Assembly: GCA_032128375.1 (NCBI GenBank)
Contig: JAQBGU010000188.1
Location: 1 to 64,000 of the forward strand
Reading direction: 5' to 3'
DNA: 64,000 nt
DNA from: Deltaproteobacteria bacterium
GTDB taxonomy: Bacteria; Myxococcota_A; UBA9160; SMWR01
Numbering within the stretch: the first letter of the stretch is position 1; every line of letters starts with the position of its first letter. Position numbers and translations under genes: made by a program. The notes under the pieces were generated by a model. The model saw only the letters and a list, made by a program, of their open reading frames with translations, did no database searches and was not told the DNA's origin. Shown in pieces: positions 20,119 through 30,993 of the stretch.

Positions 20119-20439
20119 AAAGCCCTTTGGGATTCACGGCTTTTCCCTACATGCATGCATGTTCCGTGCTGGCGGGCCGGCATGCGGGGGTAGCACCTAA
20201 CCAGCCAGGAACCTTGCGAATTCGCGAAGTCGGGGAGAGACTTGCGAGGCCGCTCCAACCCACGATACTCGCTGCAGATTGGCTGCAGACGACGATCGCT
20301 TTCGAAATCGCGCTGCTCTAGCTCGGGGATCGCGGCTCGCCTCCTGCTCGCCGGACCGCCAGGCAGCTTTCAAGAGCCCGCAAAAACGAACCGAAGAGGG
20401 AAGAGCGCGAAAAAAGAGGCTTGCTAGCCGATCCATTTC

Positions 20440-21909
20440 ATGGCGGCGAGCCGGCATGGGCCGGCCAAGGGAGACGCGAAGTTGACGCTGCATGTACCGG
20501 AAGCCATCGGAGCAGTGTACGCGAGGCCGGACGCCCGCGTGTATCAGCTCGGCGGCGGCGCGATGTTCGTCCTGTGTTTTCTCGTTGCATCGTTTTCGTA
20601 CGAGCTTCCACTCGTTTACATCACATCCCGCTACAGACTCAATCCTCGCTTATTCGATGTCGCCGCAGTGGCGCTAATCTTCTACTGGCTCCTATTTGGA
20701 AACCCACGCGGTTGGCGGGTGAACCTCGGCCACCCGCTATTCAAGCCATGGCTGACCTTGGTCTCGGTCTTCGTGTTCATGGCTGCCGTCACGGTTCTCT
20801 TCGTGCCGCTCGATTTGTTCAGGTACTCAGCCTGGTTCGCGTTTCGCTATGTCCTGGCCAGCATCGTGCTGCTCATCGTGCTCTCCGCGCCACTAACCGA
20901 AACACAGAAGCGTCGACTTCTATGGGTCGCACTGTTTGGCGGAACCTGGGTGTCCTTCTATGGAATTCTCCAGATCCTCGGCATCGCTTCCGCTACGCGA
21001 ATCCTGCCGAATGGGGATGAAACCGAGGTGGCCATCGGCGCGATCACGTCGACTCTTGGCCCGAGCTACTTCCACGTTGGCCAGTTCGGCATCCTGTCGG
21101 GGATCATCAGCCTGACACTTTTTCGATGCAGCAGCGGATTTCCGCGGACGATTGCCGGAATTCTGGGCCCGTTTACGATGATTCCGGCAGTCGCCTCGGG
21201 CTCACGTGCTGGCTTCGTCGGGCTGCTCATCGCGCTGGCCGTACTCGGAAGCCAACGTGAATATCGAAAATTCTTCACCTCTTTCTTGATGGGCGGCTTT
21301 GTGGCCATCGTTGTGGGATTTGCCTATTCGGGGTCGCTCACCGAGAGCCGAATCACAAGTCATAGCGCCACCACAGAGGCAAAGACCGAGGTGAGCATTG
21401 CGCGAAGTCAACAGTTCATTCGGACCTTTGTGTTGGTCGAAGAGACGGTCGGTCCCAGGCTGTGGGTGCTCGGCGGTGGATTCTACGTGACTCCGATCGG
21501 GACCAGGCATCGGGTCGGCTACGGAGTACATAACATTTTCTTCTTCCCGCTGGAGCAAGCCGGCGTATTCGGCTTTGCGGCTTCGATCTGGGTTTGGATC
21601 ACGTTGTGGAGGGGTCTCCGGCCGCGCAGCAAGCGGCCTCCAGAGAACATGACGGACACCTATCTGCGTGTTGGAATGTTCAGCTATCTCGCAGCCCTCG
21701 CGATCATCGGCTGGGGAGGTCAGATCTTCTGGCTGGGATTCGGGAACGAAAACCTCGGAACCTATCAGTTCTTGTTGTTCGGCCTGGCGATGATGTCCAG
21801 CCGCACTCAGGAAGCCGAGAGCTCAGCCGTGGCCCCCGATGTCTCGATTGAGTTGACGAGCCCCTATTTGCTTTCGAGTCCAGCTGGAGCACTGGAATCT
21901 CGGCTGTGA
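20440..21909 (+). CDS. Wzy-like polymerase / O-antigen ligase family membrane protein; start uncertain
   Basis: More than 10 TMs, SGSRAGFVG, periplasmic loop with GGG...VHNIFF...EQAGVFG. Confidence 0.78.
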   Translation: MAASRHGPAKGDAKLTLHVPEAIGAVYARPDARVYQLGGGAMFVLCFLVASFSYELPLVYITSRYRLNPRLFDVAAVALIFYWLLFGNPRGWRVNLGHPLFKPWLTLVSVFVFMAAVTVLFVPLDLFRYSAWFAFRYVLASIVLLIVLSAPLTETQKRRLLWVALFGGTWVSFYGILQILGIASATRILPNGDETEVAIGAITSTLGPSYFHVGQFGILSGIISLTLFRCSSGFPRTIAGILGPFTMIPAVASGSRAGFVGLLIALAVLGSQREYRKFFTSFLMGGFVAIVVGFAYSGSLTESRITSHSATTEAKTEVSIARSQQFIRTFVLVEETVGPRLWVLGGGFYVTPIGTRHRVGYGVHNIFFFPLEQAGVFGFAASIWVWITLWRGLRPRSKRPPENMTDTYLRVGMFSYLAALAIIGWGGQIFWLGFGNENLGTYQFLLFGLAMMSSRTQEAESSAVAPDVSIELTSPYLLSSPAGALESRL

Positions 21910-22064
21910 ATCAGCCCACGGTTGTATCAATCTGTCCACGGATCCGCACGTGCACGATGTGAAGCGATGATCCAGGGCGGGCAAGCCGAGCGCCGCATGC
22001 TGCGCAAGCTGGCCCCTTGTAACACAGACCCAGTATCGCATCGGTCCCGTGCTATACAGAATCA

Positions 22065-23249
22065 GTGAGCACTCCGGTACACGTTCTGACCCTCGGATAC
22101 TCGACCGAACTGCTCAAGACCAGAGCAGAAGGAGTCAACGATTCGTTGAATCGGAGGCGGTTCTACGCGAAGCAAATCGACTCCTACACCATCGTGACAC
22201 TGACTCGGAACAGCGATGGATTCTCAGAAGGGTGTATCGAGAACATCAGGGTCATCCCGACCAACGGTCGGAACCTGCTGCACGCGCTCTGGCGCATGCT
22301 CCGGCTGGGGCACCAGGTGTGCAAGGAGAGACGGGTCAGCGTTCTTCAGCTGCAGGAACCGCAGGTAACCGGCCTATTGGGCTACTTGTTGAGCAGGCGC
22401 TTCAATCTTCCCATGAGCATCTGCGTGTTCGGCCCCAACCCCTTCGACGTCCACTGGCGTCGCGCGTCGCTCTTCAATCGGGTGTCGGCACACTGGGGTC
22501 GTTTCGTCCTTCGGCGGGCGGATGCAATCATCACAGACGGCAGTCTGACATTGGAACGCCTGCAACGCTCTGGGCTCCCGCGCGAGCGCTTGCTCTGGAA
22601 GCCAATGATCCCGTCCAACATCGGTGAATTCGCAAAGGCCGAGGGAGGACCGCTACGCGATCACCTGTGCGGCGACGACTTCGAGCACCTCCTGCTGTCG
22701 GTCGGAACCATGTCGATTCAGAAGAACATCCCCTTCATGCTGGACGCACTTCGCCGTGTGCTCGAGAAGGTTCCCCGGGTCCGATTCATCCTGGTGGGCC
22801 GGGGCCGACGCAAACCCGAATACCAGGAATTGGCGCGGCGCCTGGGCCTGGAAGATCACGTATTGTGGCTCGACGCGGTGCCGCATCAGGAGATTCCCCG
22901 CTACTTCAAGGCCGTCGATGTACTCGTCATGGGATCGCGGTTCGAGGGATTTCCGAGGGTGTTGATGGAAGCTGCGGCCTCGGGACTACCCATCGTCAGC
23001 ACGGAAGTGAGTGGCTGCACCGACGCGATCGTTCACAATCGCAGCGGTTTCGTGATCGGACAAGGGGACGTCGCTGGGTTCGCGGACCGTGTGATAGAGC
23101 TGCTCGAGAACCCCCAAAGCGCGGTTGAGATGGGCCGCGAGGGCCAGCAGGTGATGCAACGACTGGCTGGAGAGCGGCTGCGATTCGATCAGTTGCAGGT
23201 GGATGTCTGGAAGAACTTGTCCCTGCGAACAGGAATCGAACTGGAATAA
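22065..23249 (+). CDS. Glycosyltransferase family 4
   Basis: SVG...QKN, SRFEGFPRVLMEAAASGLPIVST. Confidence 0.92.
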   Translation: MSTPVHVLTLGYSTELLKTRAEGVNDSLNRRRFYAKQIDSYTIVTLTRNSDGFSEGCIENIRVIPTNGRNLLHALWRMLRLGHQVCKERRVSVLQLQEPQVTGLLGYLLSRRFNLPMSICVFGPNPFDVHWRRASLFNRVSAHWGRFVLRRADAIITDGSLTLERLQRSGLPRERLLWKPMIPSNIGEFAKAEGGPLRDHLCGDDFEHLLLSVGTMSIQKNIPFMLDALRRVLEKVPRVRFILVGRGRRKPEYQELARRLGLEDHVLWLDAVPHQEIPRYFKAVDVLVMGSRFEGFPRVLMEAAASGLPIVSTEVSGCTDAIVHNRSGFVIGQGDVAGFADRVIELLENPQSAVEMGREGQQVMQRLAGERLRFDQLQVDVWKNLSLRTGIELE

Positions 23250-23528
23250 CGGCTGCTTGGCTGCGGCCGATGCGCCCGGCAGCACGCGCTCAGGTAATCC
23301 GTCGCGCGACAGGCATGCGTCCAGCTGCCCGAGACAGGACCCCGTGCTGTCTTTGGCGCCTCACCGCGAGGCTCAATAGAGGCTCCGGCCCCTGCCGGAA
23401 AACTGCGCGTTGCGTGCGCGATTGCTATGGTACGCGCCGTCGCGATTCTGTTGGCACCTGTGTGTCCGATCTGGCAACTCACTCGGGAGCCCTATTTTTG
23501 GTTCGCAAGTCGGAGATGTTTGACTGAG

Positions 23529-24509
23529 ATGGGACCTGTAAAGCGAATTCTGATCACGGGCGGGGCTGGATTCATCGGCTCTCACCTTTCGGGCCGTCTG
23601 GTGGCCGAAGGCCATGATGTTATTTGCCTGGACAACTTCTTCACTTCCCAAAAGAGCAACATCGCGCACCTGCTCCCGTGTCCGAATTTCGAGCTGGTCC
23701 GTCACGATGTGATCGACCCCATCCTGCTCGAAGTCGACGAGGTCTACAACCTGGCGTGTCCGGCGTCACCGGTCCACTACCAACACAACCCCATCAAGAC
23801 CGGGAAGACCTCCGTGATGGGTGCAATCAACATGCTGGGCCTCGCCAAGCGAGTTGGTGGCCGCATCCTCCACGCGTCCACCAGCGAAGTGTACGGCGAC
23901 CCCGACGTCCATCCTCAGTCCGAAGACTACCGCGGCAACGTGAATCCCATCGGCGTGCGTTCCTGCTATGACGAAGGCAAGCGCTTCGCCGAGACGCTCT
24001 TTTTCGATTACCACCGAATGCATGGAGTCGACATTCGTGTGGTGCGCATCTTCAACACGTACGGACCACAGATGCACCCTTATGATGGCCGTGTCGTCAG
24101 CAACTTCATCCTTCAAGCCCTCGGAGACGAGGACATCACCATCTACGGCGATGGTTCCCAGACGCGGAGCTTCGGCTACGTGGATGACCTGATCGAAGGC
24201 CTGCTGGCCATGATGAACAACGACAAGGGCTTCATCGGTCCGGTCAATCTGGGTAATCCCGGAGAGTTCACCATCCTCGAGCTCGCCGAGCTGGTGATCG
24301 AAATGACGAACAGCAAATCGAAGCTCACGACCCTGCCGCTGCCCAGCGACGACCCCGCCCAGCGAAAGCCCGACATCTCGCTTGCGAAGGAGCAGCTGGG
24401 CTGGGAGCCGAAAGTTGCGCTGCGCCAGGGACTCAGGAAAACGATCGAGTATTTCAGCAAGCTCGACTTGAGCCAGTTCCGGCGCCCGACCGAAAACACG
24501 TTGAAATAG
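23529..24509 (+). CDS. UDP-glucuronate decarboxylase (UDP-xylose synthase family)
   Basis: [61 protein letters not shown]. Confidence 0.93.
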   Translation: MGPVKRILITGGAGFIGSHLSGRLVAEGHDVICLDNFFTSQKSNIAHLLPCPNFELVRHDVIDPILLEVDEVYNLACPASPVHYQHNPIKTGKTSVMGAINMLGLAKRVGGRILHASTSEVYGDPDVHPQSEDYRGNVNPIGVRSCYDEGKRFAETLFFDYHRMHGVDIRVVRIFNTYGPQMHPYDGRVVSNFILQALGDEDITIYGDGSQTRSFGYVDDLIEGLLAMMNNDKGFIGPVNLGNPGEFTILELAELVIEMTNSKSKLTTLPLPSDDPAQRKPDISLAKEQLGWEPKVALRQGLRKTIEYFSKLDLSQFRRPTENTLK

Positions 24510-24609
24510 GATACTTCGCACTTCGCGACACCAGTTCCCTGCCCTCAAGCGGAACGCCCCGCTGCGCGAGCGGGGATCGGCGCGTCTTGATGCGCGCAAG
24601 GAGATCGAG

Positions 24610-25659
24610 ATGGGGCAGACGCGAGGAAAGGTGATCGTGACCGGTGGTGCCGGATACATCGGCTCGCACACCGTGGTCGAACTGCAAGCCGCCGGATTCG
24701 CGCCGCTGATCGTCGACAATTTCTCGACTTCGGACGAATCGGTGCTCGAAGGCATTCGCCAGCTGACGGGAGGGGATGTGCCCTGCTATCGCGTCGATTG
24801 CAACGATCGAGATGCCTTCGGAGCAGTCTTCGAAGCCGAGTCGCCGATCTGTGGCACGATTCACTTTGCAGCTAACAAGGCGGTAGGGGAGTCGGTCGCC
24901 AAGCCCTTGAAGTACTACCGAAATAACATCGGCACACTGCTTACATTGTTGGATCTGATGCTGGAATACGAAGCGCCGCACCTGGTGTTTTCGTCCTCCT
25001 GCACGGTCTACGGCCAGCCAGACTCACTCCCGGTGACCGAGAAATCGCCCGTGCTGCCTGCCGAATCACCCTACGGTGCGACGAAGCAGATCTGTGAGTC
25101 GCTCATCGCGGACGTTCTGGCCGCCGGGCAGCCGATCAAGGCGATGCTCCTGCGCTATTTCAATCCCATCGGCGCCCATCCCAGCAGCGTGATCGGCGAA
25201 CTGCCGATTGGCACGCCGGAGAACCTCGTTCCCTTCATCACCCAGACTGCGGCCGGACTTCGCGAGCAACTCACGGTATTCGGAGATGACTACGCCACGG
25301 TCGATGGTTCCTGTGTACGCGACTACATCCACGTGGTCGACCTGGCCAAGGCCCATGTGGCTGCACTCGATTGGCTGAACGTCCAACCGTCCGGCATGCT
25401 CAACGAAACGCTGAACCTTGGATCGGGCCACGGAACCTCGGTGCTCGAAGCGATCGCTGCGTTCGAAGGCGTCAGCGGAGCGAGGCTCAACTACGTCGTG
25501 GGCCCACGACGACCGGGAGACGTGGAGCAGATCTACGCCGAAGTAAAGAAGAGCGAAAGGGTGCTCGGCTGGAAGACCGAGCTCAGTATCGAGGACGCCA
25601 TGCGCGACGCATGGAACTGGCAGCTGGCCTTGGCGAAGCGCGCCAAACGAAGCACCTGA
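24610..25659 (+). CDS. galE: UDP-glucose 4-epimerase
   Basis: TGGAGYIGSHT, KAVGESV, SPYGATK, LRYFNPIGAH, RDYIHVVDLA. Confidence 0.93.
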   Translation: MGQTRGKVIVTGGAGYIGSHTVVELQAAGFAPLIVDNFSTSDESVLEGIRQLTGGDVPCYRVDCNDRDAFGAVFEAESPICGTIHFAANKAVGESVAKPLKYYRNNIGTLLTLLDLMLEYEAPHLVFSSSCTVYGQPDSLPVTEKSPVLPAESPYGATKQICESLIADVLAAGQPIKAMLLRYFNPIGAHPSSVIGELPIGTPENLVPFITQTAAGLREQLTVFGDDYATVDGSCVRDYIHVVDLAKAHVAALDWLNVQPSGMLNETLNLGSGHGTSVLEAIAAFEGVSGARLNYVVGPRRPGDVEQIYAEVKKSERVLGWKTELSIEDAMRDAWNWQLALAKRAKRST

Positions 25660-25784
25660 ACCCCTGATTCGGCTACTTCGCCTCGTGTCAACAGACCCGC
25701 ACAAGCCCCAGATCCGGGCGCTCAGTCGACCAGTCGACCGACCAGAATCCGATTGAGCGAGGACTATCGTGGGAAATTCGCCCT

Positions 25785-26906
25785 CTAGCGCAGCGCTACG
25801 AACTCGCTGATCGCCTGGGCGACGTGGCAAATCTGCGCGTCGTTCAACTCGGGGTCTATCGGTAGAGCCAGCGTCTCGGCCGCTGCGCGCTCTGACTCTG
25901 GAAAATCTCCGGTGCTGTAGCCGAGCGCCGCGAAGCATTCCTGCTGATGCAGGCTCAGTGGGTAGTAGATCGCCGAACCTACGCCGCGTTCACCCAGGAA
26001 TTTCTGGCAGGCGTCTCGGTGCGGGACGCGAACTACGTACTGGTTGTAGATACTCTCGTTGTGCGGACGCACGGCTGGCGTCACGACGCCTTCGATATTC
26101 GCGAGCAGCGCGTCGTAGCGGGCGGCGTTTGCACGTCGCGCCTCGTGCCAACCATCGAGGTACCTGAGCTTGACGATGAGCGCTGCGGCTTGCAGCGTAT
26201 CCAGCCGGAAATTCCCGCCGACCCAGGCGTGATAGTACTTGGGCGACGAACCGTGATTTCGGCACTGGAGCAGTCGGGCGCCCAGCTGCTCATCCTGCGT
26301 AACCACCAGACCGGCGTCGCCTAACGCGCCGAGGTTCTTTGACGGAAAGAAGCTGAAACAACCGATGTTGCCAATCGAACCGGCGCTGCGGCCGCGGTAG
26401 CGCGCACCGAGGGCCTGTGCGGCGTCTTCGATTACCGCGAGATCGTGACGAGCAGCCATCTCCAGGATGGGATCCATATCTGCGGTCTGCCCGAACAGAT
26501 GGACCGGTATGATGGCTTTCGTCCGTTCGGTGATGGCGGCTTCGATCATACTGGCATCGATGTTGAAAGTATCGGGCTCGATGTCGACGAATACGGGTTT
26601 CGCGCCCACCCGCCAGATACTGCCAGCGGTCGCAAAGAACGTGTATGGCGTCGTGATGACCTCATCGCCGGCTCCGATATCGAGCGCCATCAAACTGGCG
26701 ATCAGCGCATCGGTGCCGCTCGACACGCCGACTGCGGTCGCACAATCGGTGTACTGTGCGATCTGTTTTTCGAACTCGAGAACCTCCGGACCGTTGATGA
26801 ACTGCTGGCTTTCAATCACGGATTCGATGGCCGGCATCAGCTCGTCGCGGATCGACTCGAACTGAGCAGCCAGGTCCAGCAGCGGCACCTTCATCTCGAC
26901 GCTCAT
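25785..26906 (-). CDS. DegT/DnrJ/EryC1/StrS PLP aminotransferase (WbpE-like)
   Basis: SSGTDAL, VHLFGQ, IEDAAQA, SFFPSKNLG, NFRLDTLQAA. Confidence 0.92.
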   Translation of the reverse strand: MSVEMKVPLLDLAAQFESIRDELMPAIESVIESQQFINGPEVLEFEKQIAQYTDCATAVGVSSGTDALIASLMALDIGAGDEVITTPYTFFATAGSIWRVGAKPVFVDIEPDTFNIDASMIEAAITERTKAIIPVHLFGQTADMDPILEMAARHDLAVIEDAAQALGARYRGRSAGSIGNIGCFSFFPSKNLGALGDAGLVVTQDEQLGARLLQCRNHGSSPKYYHAWVGGNFRLDTLQAAALIVKLRYLDGWHEARRANAARYDALLANIEGVVTPAVRPHNESIYNQYVVRVPHRDACQKFLGERGVGSAIYYPLSLHQQECFAALGYSTGDFPESERAAAETLALPIDPELNDAQICHVAQAISEFVALR

Positions 26907-27580
26907 GAATCTTCTCGCCTTCGTTTGAATTCTTCGTGTGCAATCGTTCCCACCGCAAGTTCCGGCGGGAGCGGCGCGTCTTCCTCCAGATCGAGACATC
27001 GAAGAACGTTGGCCTCTACCTCCCGGTAGCGAAGGCCGGATTCGGGACACGCCATGGTGCCGTCATTGGAGGGGTCGAGCAGACGGTGGCCGTGGCGGCT
27101 CATCCAGCCATCTCGTCGCGCCGGGGTTCCGACCATCAACGCGTAGTCGGGCACGTCGCGAGTCACGACCGCCCCCGCCGCGATGAACGCGTGTCGCCCT
27201 ACCTCGATTCCGCAAAGGACAGTTGCGTTGGCACCTACCGTCACGCCCCGGCGCAGCAGCGTACGTTCGTACAACTTCTGGCGCACGACTTGCGAGCGCG
27301 GGTTGGTCACGTTGGTGAACACACAGCTCGGCCCGAGAAAGACATCGTCCTCGATGATCGTTCCTGTGTAGATCGATACGTTGTTCTGCACCTTCACGTT
27401 CCTTCCGAGAGTCACGTCGCTGGCAATGTGCACGTTTTGCCCCAGGTTGCAGTTCTCACCGAGCACGGCGCCGCCCATGACATGCGCGAAGTGCCAGATC
27501 CGGGTGCCTTCGCCGATCTGTGCGCCGGCGTCGACGTAGGCACTCTCGTGAACAAAATATTTGAGCTCGTCGCTGGGCAC
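26903..27580 (-). CDS. Hexapeptide-repeat N-acetyltransferase (WbpD-like)
   Basis: FVHESAYVD, IWHFAHV, GQNV, KVQNNVSIY, GPSCVFTNVTNPRS, C-terminal CPESG. Confidence 0.9.
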   Translation of the reverse strand: MPSDELKYFVHESAYVDAGAQIGEGTRIWHFAHVMGGAVLGENCNLGQNVHIASDVTLGRNVKVQNNVSIYTGTIIEDDVFLGPSCVFTNVTNPRSQVVRQKLYERTLLRRGVTVGANATVLCGIEVGRHAFIAAGAVVTRDVPDYALMVGTPARRDGWMSRHGHRLLDPSNDGTMACPESGLRYREVEANVLRCLDLEEDAPLPPELAVGTIAHEEFKRRREDS

Positions 27581-27716
27581 GGAATTCTCGTTTTCGCGGG
27601 TTTGGACGTTGAATGATGTTGAATGACGGTGAATGAGGAGTTGAAAGAGACGTTGAGTGAATTTCGCGTGAGGGGCTGCCGAATAATCGCGGCCTGCCAC
27701 TGGGACTCCGCAGCGA

Positions 27717-28748
27717 CTACTGAAGTTCGATCAATTTCCCATTCTGCTTCAGCGACTCGCTGCCCGCTTCGAGAACTTCCACGACGCGCAAGCCGTCCCG
27801 ACCATCGGAGCGGGGTGTCTCGTCGTTTCGGATGCAATCGAGAAAGTGTTCGCACTCGGCGCGCAGCGGTTCGCCACCATGAACCCTCGGGATCACGATA
27901 TCACCGGTTCGCAGTGTGATCGGCGCAGTGTAGTCCTGGCCGCCGCCCTCGGCGCCTTTGTCGTAGATGCGAACCTTCTCCGCCCCCTCCATATCGTCGA
28001 AGACCACCATCCGCTGCGATCCGACCAGCGTGACCTTGCGAATCTTGTGCGGGTCGAGCCACGAAACGTGAATGTGCGCCATTCGGCCGTCCGCGAACTT
28101 CAGCGTAGCGAACACGACATCTTCGATACCGGTTTGCAGGTAGGCTTGCCCGTTGGCAGAGACACTCAGCGGCTTGGCATTGAAGAAGTAACAGGCCATC
28201 GAAATGTCGTGGGGTGCCAGAGACCACCAGGCATTCTCCTCCTTGCGCACGATCCCCAGATTCAGGCGCTGGAAGTACAGGTAGTGGGCGTCTCCGATTT
28301 CGCCGTTCATGATCATGTCCCGGACAAAGTTGACCGCCGGGTGATACTCGAGCAGATGCCCCACCATCAGCTTGCGCTCGAGGCGGTCGGCAAGCTCGAC
28401 GAGTTCGAGCGCCTCTGACCGGTGTAGCGTGAGAGGTTTCTCGACATACACGTGTTTTCCGGCGTTGAGCGCCGCCTTGGCGAAGGGGTAGTGAAGCGGG
28501 GCGTCGACTGCGAGGACCACACACTCGACCGCTGATGATGCCAGTACAGCCTCGTAACTGTCGGTGATGGTCGCCTCCGGACACATCGACGCCATCGCGG
28601 TGCGCGTCGCCGCGTTCAAATCGCACACGTAGGCGAGATGAGCCCCTTCGATCTGGTGGAAATTGCGAGCCAGATTCTTGCCCCAATTCCCCGCGCCGAC
28701 CACGGCAGTGCCGATCGGTCCGTTGCGGGCAGACGACTGGGTGCTCAC
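27717..28748 (-). CDS. Gfo/Idh/MocA NAD-dependent oxidoreductase (WbpB-like)
   Basis: VVGAGNWG, GKHVYVEKP, SLAPHD, SWLDPHK. Co-oriented with the WbpD/WbpE-like genes. Confidence 0.88.
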   Translation of the reverse strand: MSTQSSARNGPIGTAVVGAGNWGKNLARNFHQIEGAHLAYVCDLNAATRTAMASMCPEATITDSYEAVLASSAVECVVLAVDAPLHYPFAKAALNAGKHVYVEKPLTLHRSEALELVELADRLERKLMVGHLLEYHPAVNFVRDMIMNGEIGDAHYLYFQRLNLGIVRKEENAWWSLAPHDISMACYFFNAKPLSVSANGQAYLQTGIEDVVFATLKFADGRMAHIHVSWLDPHKIRKVTLVGSQRMVVFDDMEGAEKVRIYDKGAEGGGQDYTAPITLRTGDIVIPRVHGGEPLRAECEHFLDCIRNDETPRSDGRDGLRVVEVLEAGSESLKQNGKLIELQ

Positions 28749-29282
28749 AGACAACGGACTCCGACTTTGAGGTTGGGGCGCGACACAGCGCTCCGGCGGC
28801 AGAGCACTGTACCACTCGGAATATGGCGCAGACAGGTGGAGGACGCGGCGGCAACTACGGGAAATTGCATGTGTTCTTCCGTCGGAAAGTCCCGAGGTGT
28901 TCTTGAACGCCAGCTCCGAAGTTTCGGTTTCGAGTACGCACCGCACTGGACGCGGCCCGGGGCTATCCAGCGAGACGCGAAACTCGGGGGCGCCCCACTT
29001 CGGCACTGCCGCACGGGGCCCGAAAGCAGCGGTATTCCCGAGGCATGTATGACTGGAACTAACTGATTCTAAATGAAAATTTCACCATCAACCCGAACCA
29101 GCTCAACTTTGACCGAGCAAGCGCCGACGAGTCGGAAGACGGGAACGATTTGGCGCGATTGGAGTGTTTTTTTTGCCGTCTCGTGACACTTCAACTCCAT
29201 AGAGGGCCACTACCCCAAAAGACAGCTTCGCGAGCGGCCGGGCAAGGGACCCTTCGCGTGGGATCTGTGGGAGACATCGAAG

Positions 29283-29981
29283 ATGGCAATCGACGCCAGC
29301 CTGCTGCTGGAAGACGCACACGCGGCGGCGGCGCAGGTCGGCTCTGACGGCAACCGATTCACAGATCGAGTTGTTCTCGGCTGGCCCGAGCGCGCCTCCT
29401 CCGCCGCAACAGAGCGTGCCCCGGCCAAGAGATCCCTGTTCAAGCGCGCTGCCAGGTTTTGCGTTCGGATTCACGTCGCGATGCAATTGCGTTGGTATCG
29501 CCTCGCGTACCGAATGACCCTTGGAGAAGTAGGCCGTGGATGCGTGTTTGGAGCCGGTATCCTCGTTCAGGGGCACGAAGGGATCAGAGTTGGTGACGAT
29601 GTACGCATCAACGACTACGTGTTTCTGCAGTGCGGCGGCAAGTCCGAACTCATCATCCACGACGAGGTAACGATCTCGATCGGTGCTCAAATCATGACCG
29701 GCCAATACCCCGTCGGTCGCGACGGCCACGATCGCTCGGTCCACGTATACCAGACCGTCATCCTCGAAAAAGGTGTGTGGATCGGCGCCAATGCGGTCGT
29801 GCTTCCGGGTGTGCGAGTCGGCGCTGGTTCGATTGTCGCGGCTGGATCGGTCGTCAATAGCGACGTGCCGCCCGGCGTGATCGTTGCCGGTTCGCCCGCC
29901 AAGCTGATCCGACGACACGATGAGTTCGGCGACCGGACAGCCAGCCTCAGCTACCTGCGGGCATCAGGCGGCGCGTTGTAA
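29283..29981 (+). CDS. Hexapeptide-repeat O-acyltransferase
   Basis: [33 protein letters not shown]...GSPAK. Confidence 0.85.
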   Translation: MAIDASLLLEDAHAAAAQVGSDGNRFTDRVVLGWPERASSAATERAPAKRSLFKRAARFCVRIHVAMQLRWYRLAYRMTLGEVGRGCVFGAGILVQGHEGIRVGDDVRINDYVFLQCGGKSELIIHDEVTISIGAQIMTGQYPVGRDGHDRSVHVYQTVILEKGVWIGANAVVLPGVRVGAGSIVAAGSVVNSDVPPGVIVAGSPAKLIRRHDEFGDRTASLSYLRASGGAL

Positions 29982-30081
29982 CAAGCGGGTCTGCCACCAA
30001 CGGTTCTTCGCCTCGACTGCTCGCAACGCCAAGAATCCCGCGTGGGCTGCCAACTCGCACCGGCATCTGTGTAGCTGCTGC

Positions 30082-30993
30082 TCAGTCCCGCAGCTCGGAC
30101 CAGTGTGAAAGGTCGCGCCCCAGAGTTCGTGACAGGGATTCGATATCCGAGCGAAATTCACTGACGAGACGCGCGCGAAATTCGGGGTCCGGAACGCTGG
30201 CTTCCTTCGCCTCCATCGTGAATCGCTCCAGGCGTTTGAACAGACCGAAGGTGGTCAAGATCCCCATGCGGCTCTTCAATCGGGACGCGGCAGACCAGGT
30301 CGCAAACAGCAGGCGACCCGCGCGCCGTGACCGATAGTCGCGCCGTACGTTGGCTTTCGCGAATTCATCTCGCCCATCAGCGGGCAGATCGAGGAAACTC
30401 AGCACGCTCTCGTAGACGGCCCTGGTATCGCGAGAGAAATCGTCGAACAAGATGATCTTCACCTGTTCGCGCGGGAAGATCTCGAGGAGGCGTTCGACCT
30501 GCTCGCCCAGTTTGCAGGCCTCTCCGTACAAGAACGTGCGCGGGTCGTAACGCGTGTTGCGATTCTTGGGCAGGAGCTCGGGATCGCGTCGCTCCTCCTG
30601 CAGATCCCATGCGCGGCGCAGGTCCGGCTCCGACTCGGCGAAGTCGCGAAGCAGCTGCGCGTGCAGGGAATAAGTCATCTCGATCGGGTTTCGGAGCATC
30701 GCGATGATCTTGGCATCGGGGTCGAAACGCCGAATGTTCGGCAATGCCTCTCGGGAATACAGGTACCAGCTAGACGCCTCGCCGATCCTGGTACATTCGT
30801 CGCCCGCGCGATCGAAGAGCTTGAGGTAGTTCTCCTCCGTCGCGACATAGCGATGCGACGGAAAATCCGTGGCGAAGTAGTGCGGTTCCTTGGGTTCGCA
30901 AAAAAACGCACCCGGATGATCGACCAGGTACTGCCGAAGCGCTGTGGTTCCGCACTTTGGTGCGCCAACGATGAAGAAATTGGGTCGGGCCAT
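30082..30993 (-). CDS. PAPS-dependent sulfotransferase
   Basis: PNFFIVGAPKCGTT (5'-PSB), KEPHYF, GEASSWY, LRNPIEMTYS (3'-PB). TAATG overlap with the upstream GT4. Confidence 0.92.
   Translation of the reverse strand: MARPNFFIVGAPKCGTTALRQYLVDHPGAFFCEPKEPHYFATDFPSHRYVATEENYLKLFDRAGDECTRIGEASSWYLYSREALPNIRRFDPDAKIIAMLRNPIEMTYSLHAQLLRDFAESEPDLRRAWDLQEERRDPELLPKNRNTRYDPRTFLYGEACKLGEQVERLLEIFPREQVKIILFDDFSRDTRAVYESVLSFLDLPADGRDEFAKANVRRDYRSRRAGRLLFATWSAASRLKSRMGILTTFGLFKRLERFTMEAKEASVPDPEFRARLVSEFRSDIESLSRTLGRDLSHWSELRD

Noticed and set aside
29050..29090. AT-rich patch with a near IHF consensus and a TGAAA-A-TTTCA inverted repeat between divergent genes
   Set aside because: It is a plausible promoter region, but the matches are imperfect and too short to call.
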